Below the pieces are notes generated by a model. It did no database searches. It saw nothing but the letters and a program-made list of their open reading frames with translations, and was not told the DNA's origin. A DNA stretch of 63,394 bases, counting the filler. It is 7 parts of 7 records of this genome, joined end to end, with 100 filler letters (N's around TTAATTAATTAA, not from the genome) between each part and the next. Parts side by side here need not be neighbours in the genome. Positions count along the whole stretch, not along the records: positions 14,369 to 22,169 come from SRR20825010_59; positions 22,270 to 40,300 come from SRR20825010_62; 5 more parts are not named here. One strand, given 5' to 3'. This document shows, one piece after another, positions 21,271-31,298 of this stretch. Position 1 is the stretch's first letter; every line of letters begins with the position of its first letter. The translations under genes were made by a program, and so were the position numbers.

Positions 21271-22047
21271 GTGGCATCTGAACACGCTCAAGGTGGTTTC
21301 CCCGTAGATCCGTTGCACCAGTTTGTGGTCAACAAGATCATCCCCCTGCAAATCGGGGGCTTCGATGCCTCCTTTACAAATGCAAGCCTGTGGATGGTGA
21401 TTTCGGCGCTGGCCGTCATGTTCATCACCGTTGTCGGCATGAGCAAGAAATCCATCGTTCCCGGTCGCTTTCAGGCCGCCGCCGAGATGCTCTACGAATT
21501 CATCTACAACATGGTTCGTGACAATGCGGGTGAGAAGGCCATGCGCTTCTTCCCCTTCATCTTCACCCTGTTCATGTTCATTTTTGCCGCAAATATTATC
21601 GGCCTCTACCCCTACGCATTCACTGTCACGAGCCATATTGTCGTGACCTTCGCGATGGCAATCACCGTGTTTGCCGCAGTGACGCTGACCGGTTTCTATC
21701 TGCACGGCTTCAAGTTCCTGAAGCTCTTTGTACCTTCCGGCGTGCCTTTCGTGCTTCTGCCGCTTGTGATCGCGATTGAGGTGATTTCCTATCTCTCGCG
21801 TCCCATCAGCCACTCTGTTCGTCTGTTCGCCAATATGCTGGCAGGTCACATTACCCTCAAAGTGTTTGCCGGTTTCGTGCTGACCTTTGGTGCCATGGGC
21901 GGTGTCGGTATTGCCGGTGCCATCCTGCCGCTTGCCATGATTGTGGCACTGACGGGTCTGGAACTGCTGGTTGCGGCGCTGCAGGCCTATGTATTTGCAA
22001 TTCTGACCTGCATGTATCTGCATGACGCGATGCATCCAGGTCATTAA
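21271..22047 (+). CDS. atpB: F0F1 ATP synthase subunit a
   Basis: RPISHSVRLFANMLAGH and LQAYVFAILTCMYL motifs. Confidence 0.98.
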   Translation: MASEHAQGGFPVDPLHQFVVNKIIPLQIGGFDASFTNASLWMVISALAVMFITVVGMSKKSIVPGRFQAAAEMLYEFIYNMVRDNAGEKAMRFFPFIFTLFMFIFAANIIGLYPYAFTVTSHIVVTFAMAITVFAAVTLTGFYLHGFKFLKLFVPSGVPFVLLPLVIAIEVISYLSRPISHSVRLFANMLAGHITLKVFAGFVLTFGAMGGVGIAGAILPLAMIVALTGLELLVAALQAYVFAILTCMYLHDAMHPGH

Positions 22048-22139
22048 GACGATCAAGACTGAACCCGAGTTTACGAGTTAGGTTCGGCAATGTGCCGTTC
22101 CCAAGAACCAAAACGGATAACCTGAAGGAGCACTTCACT

Positions 22140-22169
22140 ATGGAAGCAGAAGCAGCAAAGTACATCGGC
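22140..22169 (+). CDS. atpE: F0F1 ATP synthase subunit c, 5' fragment
   Basis: AAGGAG SD, then MEAEAAKYIG, the alphaproteobacterial subunit c start, directly after atpB. Confidence 0.85.
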
Positions 22170-22269
22170 NNNNNNNNNNNNNNNNNNNNNNNNNNNNNNN
22201 NNNNNNNNNNNNNTTAATTAATTAANNNNNNNNNNNNNNNNNNNNNNNNNNNNNNNNNNNNNNNNNNNN
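22170..22269. other. Artificial contig linker
   Basis: N44-TTAATTAATTAA-N44. Confidence 0.99.
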
Positions 22270-22408
22270 GCCAAAGCTGAATGGTTATTTCCTGAAACAG
22301 ATCGTTGTGTGCGTCACTGTCGTTGGTATATAACCTACAGATTTTATGTACAATGTTTTGGTTTTCCTCTAATTGAGTTACAAAACTATGTTCCAGTTCT
22401 TTGTTCAA
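22270..22408 (-). CDS. ECF sigma factor, 5' fragment
   Basis: NIVHKICRLY...DLFQEITIQLW is sigma region 2. Confidence 0.85.
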
Positions 22409-22523
22409 TGGTTTTTTGTTGGCTTTTTTATTAGTGTTCTATTTAAACCCTTTGTTACAAAATTCCTAAAAAATAAGTGTACTTCCCCTACAAAGACTAA
22501 TTTTGTTATATAAATTTAAAAAG

Positions 22524-23795
22524 ATGAATATTCCTGAAACTGGTGTCCCACGTATAGTTGTAATCGGTGGTGGATTTGCCGGTATTTCCTTTATAAAACA
22601 ACTTCAGAAAGAAAAAGTGCAAATAGTACTTTTTGATAGGCATAATTATCACACCTTTCAACCTTTGTTATACCAAGTTTCTACAGCAGGGCTGGAGCCA
22701 GATTCTATTGCATATCCACTTCGAAAAATTTTCAGAAAAAACAAAGATTTTCACTTTAGAATGGCGGAAGTGGAGCATATTAATACGGATACTAATACCA
22801 TTTCAACGTCGGTTGGGAGTTTAACATATGATTATTTGGTAGTAGCCACTGGTACGCGAACTAATTTTTTTGGAAATAAAAGCATTGCTGAAAATAGCAT
22901 GCCAATGAAAACTGTTCCTCAAGCTTTAAACATTCGTAGTTTGATTCTACAAAACATTGAAAAAGCAGATATTACAACAAATGAAACGGAACGTAAAAGA
23001 CTTTTAAATTTTGTAATCGCAGGTGCAGGCCCAACGGGTGTTGAGCTTGCTGGTGCTTTGGCTGAATTCAGAAAAGGAATTCTTGAAAACGATTATCCAG
23101 CGCTTAATGAAATTGAAATGAATGTTCATTTAATTGAAGGTTTAGACAGAGTTTTACCGCCAATGAGCGAAAAGGTTTCTAAAAAGGCACAAAGTTTTCT
23201 TGAAAATCTCGGCGTGCAAGTTCACCTTAAAACATTTATAAGCGATTATGACGGGAAAACGGTAACAACCAACGACGGTAAAAAATTTGAAACCGCTACT
23301 TTTATTTGGGCAGCAGGAGTAACAGGTGCTCCAATTGAAGGTATTAATGGCGAAGCTTTAATAGAACGTGCAAATAGGTATCGTGTTGATGAATTCAATA
23401 AAGTGAAAGGTTTTAAAAATATTTATGCCTTGGGCGATATTGCTTTAATGCAATCAGAAAAATACCCTAAAGGGCATCCGCAAGTGGCGCAACCTGCAAT
23501 TCAGCAAGGGAAAAGTTTAGGAAAAAATTTTGCTAAAATGTTGAAAGGTTCTAAAATGGAAGCCTTTAAATATTTTGATAAAGGAACCATGGCCACTGTA
23601 GGAAGAAATAAAGCTGTGGTCGATATTGGTAATATGCATTTTGGAGGTGCTATTGCCTGGTTTTTATGGATGTTTGTACACCTTTGGTTCTTGGTAGGTT
23701 TTAGAAATAGAGTGATTACTTTTTTTAATTGGACGTACAGCTATATAAATTATGACCGAGCTGCACGATTAATTATCCGTCCGTTTAAAAAATAA
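22524..23795 (+). CDS. ndh: Type II NADH dehydrogenase
   Basis: GGGFAG, FQPLLYQV, GAGPTGVELAG, AQPAIQQG and DKGTMATVGR motifs. Confidence 0.93.
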   Translation: MNIPETGVPRIVVIGGGFAGISFIKQLQKEKVQIVLFDRHNYHTFQPLLYQVSTAGLEPDSIAYPLRKIFRKNKDFHFRMAEVEHINTDTNTISTSVGSLTYDYLVVATGTRTNFFGNKSIAENSMPMKTVPQALNIRSLILQNIEKADITTNETERKRLLNFVIAGAGPTGVELAGALAEFRKGILENDYPALNEIEMNVHLIEGLDRVLPPMSEKVSKKAQSFLENLGVQVHLKTFISDYDGKTVTTNDGKKFETATFIWAAGVTGAPIEGINGEALIERANRYRVDEFNKVKGFKNIYALGDIALMQSEKYPKGHPQVAQPAIQQGKSLGKNFAKMLKGSKMEAFKYFDKGTMATVGRNKAVVDIGNMHFGGAIAWFLWMFVHLWFLVGFRNRVITFFNWTYSYINYDRAARLIIRPFKK

Positions 23796-23822
23796 TGACT
23801 GCATTTTAAAGCAATATTTAGC

Positions 23823-24419
23823 TTAACAGTTTTTATATTTATCATAAAGTCCAATTCCTTGTTTAATCATTACTGAGCATTTCTCAAGGCGACTTTGTTG
23901 TGTAATTTCACGTTTGGCATTCCCAATATGTTCTGCATATTCACGCTGTTTACCTGGAGTAAGTTTATAAAATTGCACTTTTAAATTTTTGTCTTCTGAA
24001 AGTGCTTTATTAAAAATTTCAGGGATGGAAATATCTTTTTTCACCACTTTTTTTAATTCTTTTCCAGCTATCGAATTTGCTATTGCTTCTTCTACATACT
24101 CCAATACAAGTTTAGAATCTATGGTGTCGCTTTCTTCAAATCGCCACTGCCGTAGTGCTTTTGTAACCCCTTCTTGCGCATTGATAAGTTTATTGCTCTT
24201 GTCCTTTAAAAAAACGCCTTGATGAAACCAAATGGCAATGTGGTTTTTAAAATCGGACATTGCTGCAATCATTTTTCCATTAAGAGTATATGTTGGTTTT
24301 CCCCATTTTACTTCTTCTTTTAGCTCCGTTTTTTGAAAAACTTCGCGAAGCAATTGCAGCTTTTCTTTCCACTTTGTTTGCTTTGTTATAAAAGCATCTA
24401 CTTTTTCAGAATCGGTCAT
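23823..24419 (-). CDS. YdeI/OmpD-associated family protein
   Basis: KWGKPTY, WFHQGVFLKD and LTPGKQREY...AKRE motifs. Confidence 0.9.
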   Translation of the reverse strand: MTDSEKVDAFITKQTKWKEKLQLLREVFQKTELKEEVKWGKPTYTLNGKMIAAMSDFKNHIAIWFHQGVFLKDKSNKLINAQEGVTKALRQWRFEESDTIDSKLVLEYVEEAIANSIAGKELKKVVKKDISIPEIFNKALSEDKNLKVQFYKLTPGKQREYAEHIGNAKREITQQSRLEKCSVMIKQGIGLYDKYKNC

Positions 24420-24521
24420 ATTTTTTATTTTAATCCGAAGATACAATTTTCTCTAAGAATTTTTAAAATCGATTTTTCTCGTTTATTGTATAAAAATCCA
24501 TAATGCTTTTTTGTTGAAATA

Positions 24522-24558
24522 AAACATATATTTATTGTTTATCAATAAATATATGTTT
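24522..24558. promoter_or_regulatory. Perfect 16-bp inverted repeat, putative operator of DUF2975-XRE operon
   Basis: AAACATATATTTATTG-TTTAT-CAATAAATATATGTTT, adjacent to a -7-like TATATTCG element. Confidence 0.75.
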
Positions 24559-24587
24559 ATATTCGCAAAATAATTTTAAATCTTATT

Positions 24588-25115
24588 ATGATGAAAACAG
24601 CTATTATAATGAAAGTGATGAATGTTATTTTCTGGATAATCTTTGTCAGTTTGTGTATCAAAACCGGTGCCTTGATAGTTTCTTTTTTTATGAGTTTGTT
24701 TCCTAACCCTGATGATTTAGTAAACCTTTATTTGGGAGTTAGCTTTTTCGAATTGAACCCAATTTATATAATCCATTACATAGGTGTTCTCAGCTTTTTA
24801 ATGATATTGACGGGAATGAAAGCCTATATCGCCTATCTTGCTATTAAGCTTTTTATGAAATTTGATTTGAATAATCCATTCAACAAAAGGGTTGCAGACT
24901 TAATTTCAAAAATCAGTTATTTTGCATTGAGCATTGCTGTTGTCGCTTTAATTGCCAATCAATATACCGAACGTATAGTAAAAAAAGCAGCAGAAATGTC
25001 CCAAATAGATTGGGGTGCACAGGAATTTCTGTTTTTTGCGGGTATCATATATATTCTAGCTTTGGTTTTTAAAAGAGGAGTGGAAATTCAAAACGAAAAC
25101 GAATTAACAATATAA
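24588..25115 (+). CDS. DUF2975 membrane protein
   Basis: Four TM segments, NPF motif, and C-terminus VFKRGVEIQNENELTI. Confidence 0.9.
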   Translation: MMKTAIIMKVMNVIFWIIFVSLCIKTGALIVSFFMSLFPNPDDLVNLYLGVSFFELNPIYIIHYIGVLSFLMILTGMKAYIAYLAIKLFMKFDLNNPFNKRVADLISKISYFALSIAVVALIANQYTERIVKKAAEMSQIDWGAQEFLFFAGIIYILALVFKRGVEIQNENELTI

Positions 25116-25118
25116 AGT

Positions 25119-25322
25119 ATGCCAATAGTTGTAAACTTAGACGTAATGATGGCGAAACGAAAAATGTCATTAAATGAGCTTTCCGAAAAAGTGGGATTAA
25201 CCCTTTCCAACCTTTCCATTTTGAAAACTGGAAAAGCAAAAGCAATACGTTTTACCACTTTGGAAGCCATTTGCGAAGTGCTTGAATGTCAGCCTGGCGA
25301 TATTTTGGAATTTGTTTCTTGA
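25119..25322 (+). CDS. XRE/YozG-type HTH transcriptional regulator
   Basis: MPIVVNLDVMMAKRKMS...NLSILKTGKAKAIRFTTLEAIC...QPGDIL. Confidence 0.95.
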   Translation: MPIVVNLDVMMAKRKMSLNELSEKVGLTLSNLSILKTGKAKAIRFTTLEAICEVLECQPGDILEFVS

Positions 25323-25326
25323 ATTT

Positions 25327-25356
25327 ACAATTGAGCAATCCATTTTTACAGTTCGG
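25327..25356 (+). promoter_or_regulatory. LytTR binding site 1
   Basis: ACAATTGAG-N12-ACAGTTCGG, matching the AgrA-type 9-bp direct repeat with a 12-bp spacer. Confidence 0.8.
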
Positions 25357-25422
25357 TCTATTTTCTTCTGAAAAGTTATTTCAGAGTTTCATTTTTGTAC
25401 TGAAAATAAAACCAACCGCTAC

Positions 25423-27576
25423 ATGAAAATTTCAGTTATTACCCTTTTACTCATCGTTTTTCCGTCCTTGTTTTTTGCACAAACCATTATTTCAGGAACT
25501 GTTACAGACAACAAAGGCATCCCGATTATTGGCGCTAATGTATATTTAGATGGTACCTATGATGGCACTTCAACTACCGACAGCGGCACTTTTTCATTTG
25601 AAACCTCAGAAACGGGTACACAAACCTTAACCATTTCATACGTTTCTTTTGAAACAACTATTTTGATTAAAGAAGTTTCAGAAATGAAAAATCTAGCGAT
25701 TGTGCTTCGTGAAGATGTAAACTCATTAGAGACTGTAACTATTGCTGCGGGCTCATTTTCTGCAGGCGATAATAGTAAAATTTCAGTTTTAAAACCTTTA
25801 GATATTGTAACAACTGCAAGTGCTTTGGGTGATTTTGTAGGTGCACTACAAACGTTGCCAGGTACAACAACTGTTGCTGAAGACGGTCGTCTTTTTGTTC
25901 GTGGTGGCGATGCTAATGAAACTCAAATTTTTATTGATGGCATTCGTGTTTTTACGCCTTATGCTCCCTCAACAAATAATATCCCTACACGCGGCCGGTA
26001 CAGTCCTTTTTTGTTTGATGGAATTACATTTTCTACGGGTGGATATTCTGCGGAATATGGACAGGCGCTGTCTTCCGTATTGCTTTTAAATACAATTGAC
26101 GCACCTGATCAAGAAAAAACAGATATCGGTATTATGAGTGTAGGTGGTAGTTTAGGGCATACAAAAAAATGGGAGAAAAGCTCTTTAAGTTTAAATACTT
26201 CATATATAAACTTAGCTCCTTACAATGCTATTTTTCCGGATAGAAATGAGTGGCATAAGCCTTTTGAAACAGTTTCAGGTGAGGCAGTATTTCGTCAAAA
26301 AATTGGGGATGGATTGCTAAAAGTGTACGGTGCTTTTGATACTTCCAACTTTTCATTAACTCAAGAAGATATCAACCAAGCGGAAGGCGTAACTTTTAGT
26401 CTTAAAAACCAAAACTTTTATACAAACGCCAGCTATAGTGAAATGCTTGAAAAAGATTGGACAATTTTTGTAGGAGGAAGTTATACGCATGGCCGAACAA
26501 AAATAGGTATCGATGAAGCAACAATTAAAGATGTTGAAAATTCAGCCCACCTTAAATTCAAATTAAAAAAACGCTTTAGTAATTACTTTAAATTAAATTT
26601 TGGAGCAGAACAGTTTTTGACTGATTTCAACGAAAACTATAAAGAACCTAACTTTGACACAAAATTAGGTTTCAACAATGCTATTTCTGCAACTTTTACT
26701 GAAGCAGATATTATTTTTTCAAGAAAATTAGCTTTAAAGTTTGGTGTTCGAGGAGAATACAGCGAATTATTTAGCGAATTTACATTTTCACCAAGAGCTT
26801 CATTTGCATATAAAACAGGTAAAAATAGCCAGCTTTCATTAGCGTATGGAGACTTTTACCAACAACCTAATAGTGAAGTGTTGAAGTTTACAAATAGCTT
26901 AGAAGCACAAAATACCCAACATTACATTATGAACTATCAATATTCTGCAAACAACCGAATTTTTCGAGCTGAAGTTTATAGAAAACAGTATAATAATCTT
27001 GTAACATATTCGGAAGCGTTACCTAATGAAGCCTCTATTTTTTCGAATGACGGAAATGGATACGCCCAAGGCCTTGATTTATTTTGGCGGGATAATAAAA
27101 GTATTAAAAATGTAGATTATTGGCTGAGCTATTCCTATTTGGATACCGAACGAAAATATAAAAACTATCCAACGGAAGCCACGCCAAGCTTTGCAAATAC
27201 ACATAATTTTTCCGCTGTTGCGAAATATTGGATAGACGATTGGAAAAGTCAAGTAGGTTTTAGCTATCAATATGGTAGCGGCAGAACCTATACCGATGCA
27301 AACGAACCAGGATTTCTTCAGAAAAAAACAAGAGGATATAATAATGTAAGTTTAAACTGGGCGTATTTACTTTCACAACAGAAAATCCTTTATTTTTCAA
27401 TAAATAACGCTTTCGCTTTTAATAATATTAATGGGTATCAATACGCAAACACACCCGATGTTAATGGAAATTTTGCAAGACGAGAGCTTCAGCCAGCCGC
27501 TGATCAATTCTTTTTTGTAGGATTCTTTTGGACAATTAGCGACGACGGAAAAGACAATCAATTGAATAATTTATAA
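25423..27576 (+). CDS. TonB-dependent receptor
   Basis: Signal peptide, carboxypeptidase-regulatory-like N domain, plug (LFVRGG...IFIDG, GGYSAEYGQALS) and beta-barrel. Confidence 0.93.
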   Translation: MKISVITLLLIVFPSLFFAQTIISGTVTDNKGIPIIGANVYLDGTYDGTSTTDSGTFSFETSETGTQTLTISYVSFETTILIKEVSEMKNLAIVLREDVNSLETVTIAAGSFSAGDNSKISVLKPLDIVTTASALGDFVGALQTLPGTTTVAEDGRLFVRGGDANETQIFIDGIRVFTPYAPSTNNIPTRGRYSPFLFDGITFSTGGYSAEYGQALSSVLLLNTIDAPDQEKTDIGIMSVGGSLGHTKKWEKSSLSLNTSYINLAPYNAIFPDRNEWHKPFETVSGEAVFRQKIGDGLLKVYGAFDTSNFSLTQEDINQAEGVTFSLKNQNFYTNASYSEMLEKDWTIFVGGSYTHGRTKIGIDEATIKDVENSAHLKFKLKKRFSNYFKLNFGAEQFLTDFNENYKEPNFDTKLGFNNAISATFTEADIIFSRKLALKFGVRGEYSELFSEFTFSPRASFAYKTGKNSQLSLAYGDFYQQPNSEVLKFTNSLEAQNTQHYIMNYQYSANNRIFRAEVYRKQYNNLVTYSEALPNEASIFSNDGNGYAQGLDLFWRDNKSIKNVDYWLSYSYLDTERKYKNYPTEATPSFANTHNFSAVAKYWIDDWKSQVGFSYQYGSGRTYTDANEPGFLQKKTRGYNNVSLNWAYLLSQQKILYFSINNAFAFNNINGYQYANTPDVNGNFARRELQPAADQFFFVGFFWTISDDGKDNQLNNL

Positions 27577-27580
27577 AGTT

Positions 27581-27610
27581 ACAATTCAGTTGCTAAATGC
27601 AACAGTTGGG
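27581..27610 (+). promoter_or_regulatory. LytTR binding site 2
   Basis: ACAATTCAG-N12-ACAGTTGGG. Confidence 0.8.
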
Positions 27611-27680
27611 TTCATTGCTTTTTTAAGTATGCCTAACTTTGGTGAAATTTGAATAATTAAAAAACTTAATACTATATAAA

Positions 27681-28097
27681 ATGAAAACAATACTCACTTT
27701 AGTACTAATTTTTTCAGCTACAATGGTTCTTCAGGCACAGAATACTATTGAAGTTTCCATTTCTGGTTTCACAAATGATAAAGGAAAAGCGATGATTGGT
27801 CTTTATAATTCAGAAAATGACTTTCTAGAAAACGAATATAAATATGCAACACCAGCAATACTTAATAAACAATCAAAAGCTTCTTTTGCAGGAATTCCAG
27901 ATGGAGTATATGCCATTTCTGTTTTTCATGATGAGGATGATGATAATGAATTTGATATGTTTATGGGTTTTATTCCAAGGGAAGATTATGGAAACTCTAA
28001 TAATGTACCGCCAAGATTTGGTCCGCCTGAGTGGAGTGATGCAAAGTTTGAAGTTAAGGGAGGTGAAGTCACCACAATTGAAATTAAAATACTTTGA
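27681..28097 (+). CDS. DUF2141 secreted protein
   Basis: GVYAISVFHDED, GFIPREDYGNSNN and GPPEWSDAKF motifs. Confidence 0.92.
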   Translation: MKTILTLVLIFSATMVLQAQNTIEVSISGFTNDKGKAMIGLYNSENDFLENEYKYATPAILNKQSKASFAGIPDGVYAISVFHDEDDDNEFDMFMGFIPREDYGNSNNVPPRFGPPEWSDAKFEVKGGEVTTIEIKIL

Positions 28098-28156
28098 TTT
28101 TTTATACAGTTACAACAAATAAATTCTTGAGAATAGTAATCAATAAAACAATAATC

Positions 28157-28819
28157 ATGCAACACATACTTACTTATTTTACTTTGTTTTTTACTGCTTT
28201 AGTAATGCAAGCACAAACCGAACTTCCTGAAACTGGTTCAGATTCTGACCCTACAAAATATCAAATAGGAATGCAAAAAGCTTTTAAACTCTGGGAAGAA
28301 AACAAACCTTGGGAGGCTGCAAATGTTTTTGAAAGAATTGCCACTGCCGAACCTGATAATTGGTTGCCGCCTTATTACGTAGCTCAAATTAATATTATGT
28401 ATAGTTTTTCTGAAAAAGATGCTGTAAAATTAAAAGCACAATTAGATAAAGCTCAGGATTTTATAAATGATGCCACAACAATTTCAAAAGATAACCCAGA
28501 ATTACTAGTGCTTCAAGCGCAATGGTATACCGTTTGGATTGTTTTTGATGGACAGCAATATGGAATGAAATATTCTGCAAAAGCAGCTGCGCTTCACAAT
28601 AAAGCAAATGCCTTGGCTCCAAATAACCCACGTATTATTTTAGCAAAAGCTGAATGGGATATGGGTGGTGCAAAATACTTTGGGCAACCATTAGATCCCT
28701 TTTGTAAGGACATTCAGCGTGCCATAGATCTTTTTGCTACCTTTAAACCTGCTGGAGAATTTTACCCAACTTATGGTGAAGAAAGAGCCAAACAAGTTCA
28801 GGCAGAAAGTTGTAAATAA
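28157..28819 (+). CDS. Secreted TPR-like protein
   Basis: Signal peptide, FERIA..E..NWLPPYY and PNNPR motifs, all-helical. Confidence 0.85.
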   Translation: MQHILTYFTLFFTALVMQAQTELPETGSDSDPTKYQIGMQKAFKLWEENKPWEAANVFERIATAEPDNWLPPYYVAQINIMYSFSEKDAVKLKAQLDKAQDFINDATTISKDNPELLVLQAQWYTVWIVFDGQQYGMKYSAKAAALHNKANALAPNNPRIILAKAEWDMGGAKYFGQPLDPFCKDIQRAIDLFATFKPAGEFYPTYGEERAKQVQAESCK

Positions 28820-28890
28820 TCCTTTTTAGTATGAGTTCAAGAATTTATATAAAGAAAATTCTTGAGGCTTAATTAACAATAAATTAAACG

Positions 28891-30225
28891 ATGGTAATGC
28901 GTATTTTAAAAGATTTAGGAAAAGCTTTTTTTGTAGGAATACTTGTGTTTATTGTACTGGGCTTAATTCAGTATGCTAACGGTTATGAGTTTCAGAGTGG
29001 GAGCGAACTCCTTAAATTTTTTCTTTATAACCAACTATACTCTGTTGTGCTTTATATGCTGAATGCAAATTACTTTGGGTTTTTATTGAAGCAGTTTCCA
29101 AACCAAGTTTTTAAAGCGAAAAACCTTTTAAAAGGACTTTTTGGTGGAATTATAGTTACACTTATAGGCCTATTTTTTATACGCGTTTTTACTGAAGTTC
29201 TTATTGAAGGAAGAGATTTTTCCACATTTATAGCTTCAGAAAAGATCCAATATTATTATATCTCGTTTATCATTTCTATAGTTGTAACCATTATTTTTTA
29301 TTCGGTTTATTATTATAGAAATAAGCAGGAAAGTAAGGTAACAGAGCAAAAAATAATTGCTGGTACTGCTTCAGCTAAATTTGATGCGCTTAAAAATCAG
29401 CTCGATCCACATTTTCTTTTTAATAGCTTGAATGTACTTGTTAGTTTAATTGAAGAAAACCCTCAAGCAGCAACTCGGTTTACTACGTCACTTTCAAAAG
29501 TGTATCGGTATGTACTGGAGCAGAAAAATAAAGAATTAGTGACATTGGAGGAAGAATTGAAGTTTGCTGAGTTGTATATTTCGCTATTGGCAGTTCGGTT
29601 TGAGGATAGTATTATTTACACTCCACCTGTAACATTAAAAGATTCGCAAGCAAAGGTTGTGCCTCTATCGTTACAGCTTTTACTAGAAAATGCGGTAAAA
29701 CACAATCAAGTTACTCCTTCAAAAAAACTTCATATTACCATTACTGAAGAAAATGGAAACTTAATTATAACCAATAACAGTCAGCCAAAACAGGTTTTAA
29801 AAGAAAGTACCGGTGTAGGTTTACGGAATATTCGTGATAGATATGCGCTATTAACAAACCAGCCCGTACTTATTCGAGAAAACAGAAAGGAGTTTAGTGT
29901 AACGATTCCTGTTTTGACTCAAAACATAAAATTTATGAATACACAAGAAACTTTTATTTCAGAAAAAAAATATACGCTAGCTAAAACCAAGGTGGAAAAA
30001 TTAAAAGCATTTTATGTTCACCTTACAATATATTTACTATTTGTACCTGTCTTTATTTACTTAAATTACATTTCAAATGCTGGGTTTCCTTGGGCATTGT
30101 TTCCTATTGTAGGATGGGGATTTGGTGTAATGGGCCATGCAGCTGAAACATTTAATTACAATCCTTTTTTCGGGAAAGATTGGGAGGAACGTAAAATCCG
30201 TGAATTAATGGATAAGGAAGATTAA
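28891..30225 (+). CDS. LytS-type histidine kinase with C-terminal 2TM domain
   Basis: Four TM segments, LKNQLDPHFLFNSLN, LLENAVKHN and GVGL motifs, and a C-terminal 2TM domain ending WEERKIRELM. Confidence 0.93.
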   Translation: MVMRILKDLGKAFFVGILVFIVLGLIQYANGYEFQSGSELLKFFLYNQLYSVVLYMLNANYFGFLLKQFPNQVFKAKNLLKGLFGGIIVTLIGLFFIRVFTEVLIEGRDFSTFIASEKIQYYYISFIISIVVTIIFYSVYYYRNKQESKVTEQKIIAGTASAKFDALKNQLDPHFLFNSLNVLVSLIEENPQAATRFTTSLSKVYRYVLEQKNKELVTLEEELKFAELYISLLAVRFEDSIIYTPPVTLKDSQAKVVPLSLQLLLENAVKHNQVTPSKKLHITITEENGNLIITNNSQPKQVLKESTGVGLRNIRDRYALLTNQPVLIRENRKEFSVTIPVLTQNIKFMNTQETFISEKKYTLAKTKVEKLKAFYVHLTIYLLFVPVFIYLNYISNAGFPWALFPIVGWGFGVMGHAAETFNYNPFFGKDWEERKIRELMDKED

Positions 30226-30228
30226 ATT

Positions 30229-30258
30229 ACAGTTCATCCTTTTAATATTACGATTGGG
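30229..30258 (+). promoter_or_regulatory. LytTR binding site 3
   Basis: ACAGTTCAT-N12-ACGATTGGG. Confidence 0.72.
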
Positions 30259-30324
30259 AGACTTCAATTTTAAAAAGGAACTAAGCTGTATTATTTTTAT
30301 CCTATAATTTAAAACAATCTAAAA

Positions 30325-30630
30325 ATGGAATTTGAAAATAAAGAAAATAAGTATCTTAAAGCTAAAGAACGTGTAGCTGAAATTAAGAAGTTTTACACCA
30401 GTCTTATATTTTATGTAGTATTTATTTGTGCCCTAGCAGGATTAAATTATTATGTAAATGAGCTTCGCCACCCTTGGTTTTTATGGGCAGCATTTGGTTG
30501 GGGAATCGGAATCTTTTTTCAAGCGTTAAAAGCTTTTCGCTGGACACCTTTTATAGGAAAAAATTGGGAAGAAAGAAAGATGAAGCAGTTTATGGAAGAA
30601 GAGGAATACAACAACAATAACTCCAATTAA
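30325..30630 (+). CDS. 2TM domain protein
   Basis: AKERV..IKKFY, WGIG and WEERKMKQFM motifs. Confidence 0.9.
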   Translation: MEFENKENKYLKAKERVAEIKKFYTSLIFYVVFICALAGLNYYVNELRHPWFLWAAFGWGIGIFFQALKAFRWTPFIGKNWEERKMKQFMEEEEYNNNNSN

Positions 30631-30631
30631 G

Positions 30632-30961
30632 ATGAATTATTCAAAAAAAATGAAATTTGAGAGTGCCCAAAAAAGGGTTGAAGCATTAAAAAGTTTTTAT
30701 AAGCATGTACTGGTTTACGGTATAGTAAACATTGCACTTTTCGTTGTTAGAGGACAGATACTTGAGTTTTTTATGAACGAATCAACAGATAAAAACTTTA
30801 TTGAGTGGATAGATTGGAATATTTTAATAGTTCCTATTTTTTGGGGAATTGGTTTGTTATTTCACGCAGCAAAAACGTTTAAATATAAGTTGAAGTTTAT
30901 AAAAAACTGGGAAGAAAACCAACTAAAAAAATTCATAACTAAAGAACAAAACGAACGCTAA
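30632..30961 (+). CDS. 2TM domain protein
   Basis: AQKRV..LKSFYKH, WGIGLLFH and WEENQLKKF motifs. Confidence 0.9.
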   Translation: MNYSKKMKFESAQKRVEALKSFYKHVLVYGIVNIALFVVRGQILEFFMNESTDKNFIEWIDWNILIVPIFWGIGLLFHAAKTFKYKLKFIKNWEENQLKKFITKEQNER

Positions 30962-30963
30962 AA

Positions 30964-31272
30964 ATGGAAACCGAAAAGAGTTTGGCTTATTTAAGAGCAA
31001 AGAAAAAAGTAGAAACACTTAAAAGTTTTTACAGTCATTTGGTGGTTTATTTACTAATTAATACCGCAATCATACTTGTTTCTGCGAATGTTTTTAATGA
31101 TAAACCAATAAATTTTTCACACTGGAGTATGTATTTTACCGCAATGTTTTGGGGTATAGGTTTGGTTTCACACGCACTCTATGTACTCTTTGTTATGAAT
31201 TTTAAAAATAATATTTTTAAAAACTGGGAAGAGAAAAAACTAAAACAATTTCTAGAAGAAGATCAATCATAA
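30964..31272 (+). CDS. 2TM domain protein
   Basis: AKKKV..LKSFYSH, WGIGLVSH and WEEKKLKQF motifs. Confidence 0.9.
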   Translation: METEKSLAYLRAKKKVETLKSFYSHLVVYLLINTAIILVSANVFNDKPINFSHWSMYFTAMFWGIGLVSHALYVLFVMNFKNNIFKNWEEKKLKQFLEEDQS

Positions 31273-31298
31273 AATAATTTACCAGCAACCACAAATTA

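Noticed and set aside
25410-25417. 8-nt complementarity between the sRNA 5' end (GGTTGGTT) and the TonB receptor leader (AACCAACC)
   Set aside because: Too short to claim by eye. It is only worth checking in a genome-wide target prediction.
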